Made by a program: the position numbers and the translations under genes. The notes below the pieces were generated by a model. That model searched no databases. It worked only from the letters and a program-made list of their open reading frames with translations, and was not told where the DNA came from. A DNA stretch of 32,000 nt. Origin: Candidatus Hermodarchaeota archaeon (lineage in GTDB: Archaea; Asgardarchaeota; Heimdallarchaeia; Hodarchaeales; Hodarchaeaceae). Positions 19,100 through 28,012 of the stretch are shown one piece after another (positions within the stretch are counted from its first letter, which is position 1; each line of letters starts with the position of its first letter). The stretch spans positions 18,526 through 50,525 of the forward strand of contig JBHLKY010000010.1 in the NCBI GenBank assembly GCA_048886185.1, given 5' to 3'.

Positions 19100-19297
19100 A
19101 TGATAAGTTCAGAGACAGATAAAACTGCAATTTCAATATTAGATGATGCAGAGAAAAAGTGCCTTTATTGCAATAAATCTAGTATGTGTAATAAATTCAT
19201 ATGTTATAAGAAGAAGCAAGCTGAAGCAGATTGTACCAAGTGTGAAGAACGTTTATGTAAACATCACTGGCGTATTTACTTTCGAAATAATATTTAG
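19100..19297 (+). CDS. Small Cys/His-rich zinc-finger-like protein (65 aa)
   Basis: 7 Cys and 2 His spaced C-x2-C-x5-C-x4-C-x9-C-x2-C-x4-C-x-H-H. It occupies otherwise empty intergenic space, with TTTAAAT upstream. Confidence 0.6.
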   Translation: MISSETDKTAISILDDAEKKCLYCNKSSMCNKFICYKKKQAEADCTKCEERLCKHHWRIYFRNNI

Positions 19298-19564
19298 TGT
19301 ATAGTATAGTATGATTGTTCAGAATTAGAGGTTTTCATATGAGACTCGCTTTAAAGTAAATTTATGTATTAGGATAAAAAATCTTATTTTAAATCACCTT
19401 TTTATTATTCGGTTAGTTCTACCTACTAATTATATGACGAGATTCAAGTAAAATTATTTAAGATTAATGAATGAAAATTTGACATAGTGTATCAAAATAG
19501 AGAAAGATAGAATAAAGGAGTTTTTTCTCCTTAAGTATAATTTTTTGATGGAGTACTGTATTCA

Positions 19565-20722
19565 ATGGACGATTGGAGTGCTATTGTTTTAGCAGGGGGA
19601 GTAGGATCACGACTTCAACCTCTAACTACTTATTGTCCCAAACCAATGGTTCCAGTGGCTAATAAACCAATGATTGACTATAACTTGGAACTCTTGAGGA
19701 ATGCTGGAATTAAAGGGAAAGTCATTGTAATCACGAAATATCTTCACAAACAGATTCGAGAATACTTCAACCGAATTGAACATTTTCATGATTTAGAAAT
19801 TGTTCTCCCAAAAATTGATCCCCTAGATACCGCTGATGCTGTGAGGAAGGCGTCAAATTATATTGATACCGATCAGTTCATTGTTTCAATGGCAGATATT
19901 ATTACAAATCTATCTATTAGCGATTTTATGAATTTTCATCTAAAAAAGAATGGTATTGCTAGCATTACATTGAAAGATATTTATTATCCCCGAGCATTCG
20001 GTGTTATTATGTTGAACCAAGATTCTAGGATTTTACTCTTTTTAGAAAAACCTCATCCTGAAGAATTAGGATTAGCGGTTCTGACTTTTTCAAAGAAAGA
20101 AACTATTCACTTACAATCAAATCTGGTGAATACTGGAATCTATGCTTTTAAGCATGGAGTCCTCGATATTTTAGACACTGTACATGACTTGATGGACTTT
20201 GGAAAACATGTATTTCCATATCTTACACGCGAATATGGAATTTATGGATATGTAAAGAATTATTACTGGATGGACGCAGGAAATCCACAGACCTATTTAT
20301 ATACAAATTGGGATGTTTTACGTCGTTGGGCTTTTCCTTATTTTCCCAAGGCAATTGTCGAAGAAAATGGTATATGGTGGAGTGATCAGAAAGTAGAAGT
20401 TGCTTCTGATTCACGAATTGATCCCCCATCAGCTATTGGATCACCTGTAACATTAGGTTCGAATGTAATCATTGGGCCCCAGACAGTTATAGGTAATGAT
20501 GTGATCATTGGTGACAGTACTACAATCCATTCTTCTGTTATTTGGAATAATGTGCAAATTGGTAGTAATACAAAAATCAGTGAATCAATAATTTGTAACA
20601 ATGTTATTATTCCTGATAATTCCAGATTGGCACCAGGGACAGTGATTGGTCCTAATACTCGTGCTAAAGGCCCTATTATAACGGTAAAAGATCAAATCAT
20701 CAAAGAAGACGTCCAGATTTAA
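19565..20722 (+). CDS. NDP-sugar pyrophosphorylase (mannose-1-phosphate guanylyltransferase-like) with C-terminal hexapeptide LbH domain
   Basis: LAGGVGSRLQPLT..CPKPM, FLEKP, VNTGIY, DFGKHVFP, YWMDAG, followed by hexapeptide repeats (VIIGPQTVIGNDVIIG). Confidence 0.9.
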   Translation: MDDWSAIVLAGGVGSRLQPLTTYCPKPMVPVANKPMIDYNLELLRNAGIKGKVIVITKYLHKQIREYFNRIEHFHDLEIVLPKIDPLDTADAVRKASNYIDTDQFIVSMADIITNLSISDFMNFHLKKNGIASITLKDIYYPRAFGVIMLNQDSRILLFLEKPHPEELGLAVLTFSKKETIHLQSNLVNTGIYAFKHGVLDILDTVHDLMDFGKHVFPYLTREYGIYGYVKNYYWMDAGNPQTYLYTNWDVLRRWAFPYFPKAIVEENGIWWSDQKVEVASDSRIDPPSAIGSPVTLGSNVIIGPQTVIGNDVIIGDSTTIHSSVIWNNVQIGSNTKISESIICNNVIIPDNSRLAPGTVIGPNTRAKGPIITVKDQIIKEDVQI

Positions 20723-20754
20723 AAACATGAAGATCAGCAATCAACATAAAAAGG

Positions 20755-22143
20755 GTGTATTGTAAAATGGTAACTGATAAAGTATCGTATCTGAAGTGGG
20801 GGAGAATTATGGCATTTTCAAACACCGAATTAACCCCTGAATTGGCAGCATTGCTTGGAGGAGCCATGGGTACAACTTTGGAGCCAAAATCTGTAGTTAT
20901 GGTCGGTCGGGATTATCGCCGTGATTCTAGGATGCTTAAACGGGCTTTTTCAGGTGGTTTGATGGGGAGTGGTGTAGAATTAATTGACTTACGAGCTGTT
21001 CCAACAAGTGTGCTACAGTTTTCAGTCAGACGATTTGGCGCTGATGCTGGAGTCATGGTTACTAGAAGTCACAATCTTGCGGGAATGGTATCAATTAAGC
21101 TCTTTGATTCTACAGGTATTGAATTCCAAAGGAAAGAAACTGAAAAAGTAATTGAAAATGCTATAAATCGTGAAATCAGAAGAACTAGTTCAACAGAAGT
21201 TGGTTGGATTAGTGTAACAGATGCAATGAAGATCTATGATCGCGCTCTTGCAGGATTTTTTTCAGAGAACAAAATTACGATGAAAGAAGCTAAACTACGT
21301 GTAGTTATAGATTGCGCCTGTGGACCAACATCTCTAATCATGCCTGATTTATTAAGTGAGTTCGGTTGTGAGGTTATTACTTTAAATGCACACCGTCCGC
21401 GTAATCCATTATTTTTACCGAATCCAGAATCTCTCTTTCGCTTAAAGGAGACAGTTCGAGCTATTGGAGCAGATTTAGGAATTGCTTTGGATGCTGAGGC
21501 AAGACATGCTATCATTGTTGACAGTCAAGGAAGAATACGAACCGCAGAAGAAACAGCATCAGTGAATCTTCATTCCAGATATGATCCAGACCCACATGCA
21601 ACTGTCGTAGTTGGTACTACTGTACATCCATCTGTATTTAGTGATCTCAAGAAGAACATCCTCTTTTCTGGTCATGGAGAACCTGGGTTATTAGCAAGAA
21701 AAGTGTTTGATCATAGGGCAATTTATGGATTTAACGATACAGGCCTCTTTGTACTCCCAATTTTTTCCCCTGGTTCGGATGGTATTGTCGCCTCATTAAC
21801 TGTTTTAACTCAAATGGCTCGTGAACAGATTAAATCAACAGATTTGTACCGTACACACCAAATTTTCCCTCAAAGAAAAGCAGAAGTCACTTTTCCGATT
21901 AACAGAATGCTAGACTTTTTTACTTCTACTCTCAACAATCCACCTCCAGGTTATCACACAATTGATACTTTTGTTGGTATCAAATTATTCACAGAACTCA
22001 ATGAATGGATACACTTTCACTTATCTACTGAGGTAAATACTTTACAAATTGAGATTTTTGATCCTAAATTAAATTCCGAAAAACAGGGAGAATTAATGGA
22101 GTTTGCCAGAAATTTAGTAGATCAATATCTTACTCAAGATTAG
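20755..22143 (+). CDS. Phosphoglucomutase/phosphomannomutase-fold protein with degenerate catalytic motifs; start may be the ATG at 20767
   Basis: PGM-type segments (ELTPE, VGRDYR..SRML, SHN, IDCACG). The metal loop reads DAEARH rather than DxDxDR, and the sugar-binding loop reads GFNDTG rather than GExSG. Confidence 0.85.
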   Translation: MYCKMVTDKVSYLKWGRIMAFSNTELTPELAALLGGAMGTTLEPKSVVMVGRDYRRDSRMLKRAFSGGLMGSGVELIDLRAVPTSVLQFSVRRFGADAGVMVTRSHNLAGMVSIKLFDSTGIEFQRKETEKVIENAINREIRRTSSTEVGWISVTDAMKIYDRALAGFFSENKITMKEAKLRVVIDCACGPTSLIMPDLLSEFGCEVITLNAHRPRNPLFLPNPESLFRLKETVRAIGADLGIALDAEARHAIIVDSQGRIRTAEETASVNLHSRYDPDPHATVVVGTTVHPSVFSDLKKNILFSGHGEPGLLARKVFDHRAIYGFNDTGLFVLPIFSPGSDGIVASLTVLTQMAREQIKSTDLYRTHQIFPQRKAEVTFPINRMLDFFTSTLNNPPPGYHTIDTFVGIKLFTELNEWIHFHLSTEVNTLQIEIFDPKLNSEKQGELMEFARNLVDQYLTQD

Positions 22144-22341
22144 ATCCTGATTCAATTAATATGCGGAGGAGAGACCCTTAAAGATCCTCTAAATCTATTA
22201 GATCCAAATAGTTGAAAATTTTTATTCTATCTGCTATAAGTTTTTTTAGGGTGTGATTTTTCCCCTAGTCAGCTCCTATGAATTTGGATCTTTGCTTCGA
22301 TCAAAACGGGCATTACCTTACTTTTTTAGTAAGTCCTTGAA

Positions 22342-23118
22342 TCATCTTGAATATAGCCATTCTTCTGATTCGTATTTATCTGTAGCTAGTGTTGATGACA
22401 TTTGTTTCTCTTCTAAAGTAAGCTCTCCACGAATATATTGAGACGAATAGTTTTTTGTTAAGTAATTAACTAAATAGTTTGCAATACTTTGGGGGTCTAT
22501 ATCTTCCCTCAATAAATTAGAAAACGTTGTTATATGTTGATAAACAGAATGAACCATACTCTCTTGTGTTCGTCCTAACCTAGCTTTGAGGACTGAATAC
22601 ATGATTTCAGGCCTAAATTTTACTAAAATAGTTCCATGCTGTAAAATAGTCTTCCCTTCTCGCGCTTGAGCATTTCCTGAGATTTTTTTCCCCCCACTGA
22701 ACACAGAGGGACAATGAATTTGGTCATAATCAAGAATAATGCCCAGTTTTTCGAGAGGTTGAAAAATTATTTTGGAAATTTCAAAATAAGTATCCTTGAT
22801 AGTTATTTCTTCAAGGTTCTTTACATCGGTAACAACACTGTAGGTTAATTCTCCAATTTCATCGTGAAACACAGCCCCACCTCCCGAAATCCGTCTAACA
22901 CAATCGAATCCGAATTTTCGAAGAGAATGTAGATTAACCTCATCTTTAATATGTTGATGCCTTCCAATAGAAACAGCACTAGGTTTCCAGCCATAAAGAC
23001 GTAGAACATTCTCCCCTTCATAGCAACGGAGAAGAGCCTCATCTATAGCCATATTTTCTGATGCACGATTTATAGAGAAATCTAATAATCGCCAATTCAA
23101 ATTTTTCATGGGGATCAC
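22342..23118 (-). CDS. Lipoate-protein ligase A / LipM-family protein (catalytic domain only)
   Basis: NMAIDEALL, LRLYGWKPSAVSIG, VRRISGGGAVFHD, ELTYSV, KKISGNAQ, LQHGTI. Confidence 0.9.
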   Translation of the reverse strand: MIPMKNLNWRLLDFSINRASENMAIDEALLRCYEGENVLRLYGWKPSAVSIGRHQHIKDEVNLHSLRKFGFDCVRRISGGGAVFHDEIGELTYSVVTDVKNLEEITIKDTYFEISKIIFQPLEKLGIILDYDQIHCPSVFSGGKKISGNAQAREGKTILQHGTILVKFRPEIMYSVLKARLGRTQESMVHSVYQHITTFSNLLREDIDPQSIANYLVNYLTKNYSSQYIRGELTLEEKQMSSTLATDKYESEEWLYSR

Positions 23119-23141
23119 TAGATAATCAGAAAGAAATGTTC

Positions 23142-23903
23142 TTAATCTTTGGATGAAGAACTTTCAAAAACGATTGGATTGTTAACATCAATAATAATGC
23201 CTTTTTTCGTGATATCGAACGGGTGAATCTGTTTGGAATGAGCCATCCCTCGCATTTTCAGAATCTCGATTCCTCTTTCTCTCATTGATGAGACTGTAAC
23301 ATATTGAAGATGGATTACGCCATATGCTAGAAAATCTTCAGTTGAAAATTGAGGATATCTAGTATCCTGAACAATTTCACCAGTAGATTCATATACAGCC
23401 AACGTGGTACATTTTTCCTCCCAGAGAATTCCAATAACACGATGTAGCTCTTTTCGGACTTCAAAAAGGTCTCTAAAGAGTAATGAAAAAGTGTTTAGTG
23501 GATCAATCACTAAACGATTAACTCCAATATTACGAACAGCATCAATTATTTTCTGGGTGATATAGTCTAGGGATGCTTCCCGAAGCCGACTAGCTTGTTG
23601 CATAATCCCCATTTCAGTTGAACTAAAATCCAGAATGGTTAGCTCTCCCATTTGTTGGAGACTTAGCAAATCCCATCCATAATTTCTCATAATGGCATGA
23701 AGAGCCAATAAAGGTTCATTAAAAGTTACTAATAATCCAGGTTCATGATATTTTAGAATTCCTTCTAATAAAAACTGAACACCTAATGTAGTTTTACCCA
23801 CACCTGCTCCCCCGCGCATTGCAACAAACCAACCCGCTGGAATCCCACCTCCTAGTATTTTATCAAGACCGTCAATACCTGTAGGTTTTACATTAAGCGA
23901 CAA
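23142..23903 (-). CDS. Single-domain KaiC-like / RAD55-family ATPase
   Basis: TGIDGLDKILGGG, Walker A GGAGVGKT, LVIDP, EILKMRG..H. Confidence 0.9.
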   Translation of the reverse strand: MSLNVKPTGIDGLDKILGGGIPAGWFVAMRGGAGVGKTTLGVQFLLEGILKYHEPGLLVTFNEPLLALHAIMRNYGWDLLSLQQMGELTILDFSSTEMGIMQQASRLREASLDYITQKIIDAVRNIGVNRLVIDPLNTFSLLFRDLFEVRKELHRVIGILWEEKCTTLAVYESTGEIVQDTRYPQFSTEDFLAYGVIHLQYVTVSSMRERGIEILKMRGMAHSKQIHPFDITKKGIIIDVNNPIVFESSSSKD

Positions 23904-24110
23904 TCACAACAACCCAATGCTGCATTCTATTAGGTTTAATACGGAAGATCTCTTTTTTTCAGGTTATTTTTACCGAAAAATTGTTGCTTGTATGATTGAA
24001 ACTCAAATAATATTTAAATTTAACCTTAAGAAAAACCATTTTCATGCAGGAAGAAAAAGGAAAAAATGATAAATGGTGAACGTTTTACCGTAATCAATGT
24101 AGAATACCAC

Positions 24111-24314
24111 TTAAGATGAAACCAACGCATCATATGGATCTTTTATCTCCTCCTCTTCATCTCCTGCTATTACTTTATACACTTTAATTTTTACCATTTG
24201 ACCAGCAAGATTCAGGAGCTCAACATCTTTTTTTCTGATTTTTAGGTGGTATCCATTTGCACACCTAGAGACTTTTGTTGTGAAAATTAATAATGGTTCA
24301 TCTTTATTAGACAA
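24111..24314 (-). CDS. Small AbrB/SpoVT-like (DUF2080-like) protein with an acidic tail
   Basis: TKVSRCANGYHLKIRKKDVELLNLAGQMVKIKV fits the swapped-hairpin pattern; A-rich tract at 24050-24067 reads as an oligo-T terminator on the minus strand. Confidence 0.6.
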   Translation of the reverse strand: MSNKDEPLLIFTTKVSRCANGYHLKIRKKDVELLNLAGQMVKIKVYKVIAGDEEEEIKDPYDALVSS

Positions 24315-24538
24315 GCTTCTTTACTCCTGTAATCACTATATATCGATATATACCTTTTGCATATACTATTTACACCTAGTGATTTAAATATTTTTCAATT
24401 GAAGGATTTGTTTATCAGAAATAAATGAATTGAAATCTTTTTTTCTGTTAAAGTTCAATTTACTTTAGCAACCAGAACTTTTTTCTTCAGAAATTCTTTT
24501 TAAATATAAAAGAAGGAAATATGAATACAAACAACATA

Positions 24539-25093
24539 CTATTGGATTCTTAAAGTCTTGCGTTGATCTTTGATGTGGTTTACAATTTTCCAAGCAAGTT
24601 CAAGAAATCCAGATTCAACACCAGTTCCATCAAGCGCTGATGTTTCGTAATAATTGGCATTGAATTTTCGTGCAAAGTTTTCTCCATCCTCCTTTTTAAT
24701 CGCTATATCTTCCTGAAGGTCGCACTTGTTACCGAACAGCATTAAAGGTACATTACCTACTCTTTGAGTAAAATCCTCCTGCCATTTTTCCAGTTTTTCT
24801 AATGTTGAAGGCCGTGTGAGGTCAAAGACCATTATTCCACCACGAGCATAAAGATAATATTTCTTGCGAATTGTACGAAAAGTATCTTGTCCTGAAAGAT
24901 CCCATAGCTGCATGGTCATACTTATCTTCCCCTCCTCCAGCTGAATTTTTTTTATTAAGAAATTACTACCTATTGTTGTGATATAATCATGAGTAAAAGT
25001 ATGTTGAACATACCTGCGGATAAGCGAGGTCTTCCCTACGCTTCCTTGACCAAGCATCACAACTTTAGCGCTGTAATTAACCATATTTTTCAC
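24539..25093 (-). CDS. Rab-like small GTPase (Ras superfamily)
   Basis: G1 GQGSVGKTS, effector YITTIG, G3 WDLSGQD, G4 GNKCD, G5 ETSAL. No C-terminal prenylation cysteines. Confidence 0.92.
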   Translation of the reverse strand: MKNMVNYSAKVVMLGQGSVGKTSLIRRYVQHTFTHDYITTIGSNFLIKKIQLEEGKISMTMQLWDLSGQDTFRTIRKKYYLYARGGIMVFDLTRPSTLEKLEKWQEDFTQRVGNVPLMLFGNKCDLQEDIAIKKEDGENFARKFNANYYETSALDGTGVESGFLELAWKIVNHIKDQRKTLRIQ

Positions 25094-25239
25094 TTAGATT
25101 AAAATGAAAAGGCTGTTAATGCTTTTACATTGAGTTAAATATAAATCAATTTGGACATGCTATTGATTAATAGTGAAATTTTATAATAAGCTTTTCATAA
25201 TTTCGTTCTTAATAGGATTTTCATACTAAGGTTACTTTT

Positions 25240-26076
25240 ATGTTTGTGAAATCAACCTATCAAGAATTTGAATCAGTAATCCTTTATGAAACTCTTGTCA
25301 TCATTTGGATTATTTTTACAGTTATTACTCAATTCACCTCAGAGTGGGTATCATTGGTGCAAGTCGTCCTTTTTTCATACATTGTAGCCCATTTTCTATT
25401 GAAAGATTCTCATCGCCTTATTATTCACCCCCTAACTATTGTTATCCTTCTTTATCTTGTTTTTCGGGTGGACCAAATGATCATGAACACTGTTGTTACT
25501 CAGATTTTAACTGAAATTACTACTCAAACTCTTGTTTTTTTGTTAAAGTACGGTGAAACGATTTTATTACTTGTATTTTTCGGATCTTTTTATTTTTTTC
25601 AGTTGGATTGGAAAAGTCGGTTAAGAAAAATCACCAGAAGACTCCCCTTCATCACTTTAATATTTCTTTTCTTCTTATTGATCATAATTGGTAACTTTTC
25701 ACAAAATGAAGTAATTTTGATAAATCCTACTACTATGCAAATTGAAGGATTTACTAGGATATCCATTGTTGGATCTTGTTCTGGTATTTATGGATTGATA
25801 ATATTTTTAAGTAGTTTTTTCTTTTTTATAAACGTTACAAGAACTAACCGAAGTTTTAAGAGAAAATTAGTAATTTTTCTTGGGATAGTTGGCGTCATAG
25901 GGATTTATGCAGTTAATTTGCTTAGAATCCTCATTCTAATTAACTTAAGTTTTTATTTTCCTTCAGATATCTGGAGTGAAGCACATATTTACCTTGGAGG
26001 AATATTTATTATCAGTTATCTTGTGATTTATTGGGGAATTATTTGGTCTTTGCTCCCAATTCACTCCTCTAATTAG
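25240..26076 (+). CDS. Archaeosortase/exosortase-family membrane transpeptidase
   Basis: Polytopic membrane protein with the family's ordered motifs: Cys in IVGSCSG, Arg in VNLLRI, His in SEAHIYLG. Confidence 0.82.
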   Translation: MFVKSTYQEFESVILYETLVIIWIIFTVITQFTSEWVSLVQVVLFSYIVAHFLLKDSHRLIIHPLTIVILLYLVFRVDQMIMNTVVTQILTEITTQTLVFLLKYGETILLLVFFGSFYFFQLDWKSRLRKITRRLPFITLIFLFFLLIIIGNFSQNEVILINPTTMQIEGFTRISIVGSCSGIYGLIIFLSSFFFFINVTRTNRSFKRKLVIFLGIVGVIGIYAVNLLRILILINLSFYFPSDIWSEAHIYLGGIFIISYLVIYWGIIWSLLPIHSSN

Positions 26077-26222
26077 CTGAACTCTAAAAAGGTTGAAAAC
26101 AAAATCATTTTATGAGATTCATCACCGATTATTCGGATAATACAACAAATAATGAGCTCATTTATCTTTTAATACTTCAAAAATCTAGCGATAAATACAG
26201 TATTTTACTGCGAGGTTGTCAA

Positions 26223-27527
26223 GTGAAGTATATCCCTATTAAAAAATTGCGGGAAAAAGTGGATGATGAGGTCTATATTCGAGGTTGGCTTCATCACGTT
26301 CGCCAGCAAAAACGATTGATATTTCTGGTGATTCGGGATCACACAGGTTATGTTCAAGCAGTTATTAAGGCTAAAACGATTGGTGATGCCCCTTTTAAAG
26401 CAGCAGAAAAACTCACCCGTGAAACTGCTGTTATTGCGAAAGGAATCGTAAAAGAAGATGACCGTGCTCCCTATATTGGTCTAGAGTTACAAATTAATGT
26501 TATAAATCCAGTAATTGGTTACGCTTCACCCGAACTCGAGTATGAGATTCGTCCTGATTCTGGGCCTCAAATCCTACTTGATAAAAGACATTTAGTCTTG
26601 AGAGGGGAACAAGCATCTAATATCATGCGATTTCGCGATCACATCACTCGTGCTTTTCGTGCCTTCTTTTTTCAAAGAGAATTTATTGAAGTTACTCCAT
26701 CAACTATTGTTCAGACTCAGGTTGAAGGTGGATCAACTCTTTTTTCCTTTAAGTACTTTGAACATGATGCTTATCTGACTCAATCAAGTCAACTCTATTT
26801 AGAAACAGTTTTACCGAGTCTGGGCAACGTTTTCTGTATATTGCCTTCTTTTCGGGCTGAGAAATCACGTACAAGAAGACATCTCACTGAATATACTCAC
26901 ATTGAAGCTGAAATGCCTTGGTTTGAATTCGATGATTTATTAGACTTCATGGAAGACATGATTATCTCTGTTTATTCCAAAGCTAAAGAGAATCCTATAC
27001 TAGAAAAGTTTAATCCATCAATTGAAATACCATCCAAGCCATTTAATCGCGTTACTTATGAAGAAGCTATTGAACTCCTGCGAGATTATAGAATCAAAGG
27101 AGAATCTGGAATATTTCTAAACTATGGGGATGATATAACTGAAGGACCTGAACGATTATTGGTTGATAAAATCGGGAGTCCGACATTTTTGACTCATTTT
27201 CCAACAGGTATGAAGCCATTTTACATGAAACTCAATCTAGAAAATCCAGAAGTGATGAATGCTGCTGACTTGTTAATTCCAAATGTTGGTGAAATCATTG
27301 GAGGATCTCAACGAGAAGATGATCTTGAAGTCCTCTTACAACGAATGCAGGAGGAAGGATTGGAACCTACACCTTATTATTGGTATATTGATCAACGAAA
27401 ATATGGCTCGGTTCCTCATTCAGGATTCGGTTTGGGTCTCGAAAGGCAAGTACAGGGTTTGTTAAACTTAGATCACATTCGTGAAGCCTGTTTGTATCCT
27501 CGATTGATAAATCGTGCCACCCCATGA
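26223..27527 (+). CDS. asnS: Asparagine--tRNA ligase
   Basis: OB-fold start (IRGWLHHVR...FLVIRDHTG), LTQSSQLYLE, FRAEKSRTRRHLTEY, GEIIGGSQR, PHSGFGLGLER. GTG at 26223 follows GAGGT at 26212-26216 and is preferred over ATG 26112. Confidence 0.95.
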   Translation: MKYIPIKKLREKVDDEVYIRGWLHHVRQQKRLIFLVIRDHTGYVQAVIKAKTIGDAPFKAAEKLTRETAVIAKGIVKEDDRAPYIGLELQINVINPVIGYASPELEYEIRPDSGPQILLDKRHLVLRGEQASNIMRFRDHITRAFRAFFFQREFIEVTPSTIVQTQVEGGSTLFSFKYFEHDAYLTQSSQLYLETVLPSLGNVFCILPSFRAEKSRTRRHLTEYTHIEAEMPWFEFDDLLDFMEDMIISVYSKAKENPILEKFNPSIEIPSKPFNRVTYEEAIELLRDYRIKGESGIFLNYGDDITEGPERLLVDKIGSPTFLTHFPTGMKPFYMKLNLENPEVMNAADLLIPNVGEIIGGSQREDDLEVLLQRMQEEGLEPTPYYWYIDQRKYGSVPHSGFGLGLERQVQGLLNLDHIREACLYPRLINRATP

Positions 27528-27624
27528 TTTTACAATAAAATTCGTTTGGATTCATAATCCCACTCAAATTTTCCAAGAAAAAAGTAAGAGAAATTAATGA
27601 AGACAAAAATAGAAAGGGTTTTCT

Positions 27625-27882
27625 TCACTCTCTAACGATAACCATGGTGAGGGTGGAACGTACTCCTTCTGCTTGACGAATATTATTTATTACAACATCT
27701 TTGAGATCCTTCATGGACTCTGAGGATATCTTTGCCACTAAATCGTAAACTCCATAGACCATATAGGCTTCATCAACTTCAAGCTCTTCAGTTAAGTATT
27801 TTAAAACTATTTCTTCCTTACCAATTTCTGCGTTAATCATGACAAATGCTGTTGGCCGCATTGGAGAATCAATCTCCTTCAC
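27625..27882 (-). CDS. Stand-alone Lrp/AsnC ligand-binding (RAM) domain protein
   Basis: AFVMINAEIG...VYGVYDLVAKI...IRQAEGVRSTLTM, with no N-terminal HTH. Confidence 0.88.
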   Translation of the reverse strand: MKEIDSPMRPTAFVMINAEIGKEEIVLKYLTEELEVDEAYMVYGVYDLVAKISSESMKDLKDVVINNIRQAEGVRSTLTMVIVRE

Positions 27883-27980
27883 TCTTGATTATAATGTTTA
27901 AATATCATTAATCTATACATTTTAAAAGTATAGAAAGTAATGTCTTAACGAGATTAATAAATATTCGGATTATCTATGAA

Positions 27981-28012
27981 TAACACATTAAATCCCTAAT
28001 CTTGATGTGTTA
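27981..28012. repeat. Inverted repeat in the divergent promoter region
   Basis: TAACACAT (27981-27988) and ATGTGTTA (28005-28012) are perfect complements; extends to 11 bp with one mismatch. Confidence 0.5.

Noticed and set aside
19515-19532. AAGGAG-T6-CTCCTT hairpin upstream of the nucleotidyltransferase
   Set aside because: Only a 6-bp stem, and too far (about 45 nt) from the ATG to be an SD-sequestering switch.
19565-20722. eIF2B gamma/epsilon-like pseudo-enzyme
   Set aside because: Same domain architecture, but the nucleotide-binding and catalytic motifs (GGxGxRL, PKP, EKP, D in WMDAG) are intact.
22269-22313. 14-codon minus-strand ORF MPVLIEAKIQIHRS after the lipoate ligase (possible lplB remnant)
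   Set aside because: Too short, and no resemblance to LplB.
26112-26222. N-terminal extension of AsnRS in the ORF track
   Set aside because: It looks like translated intergenic sequence; an SD-preceded GTG at 26223 coincides with the OB-fold start.
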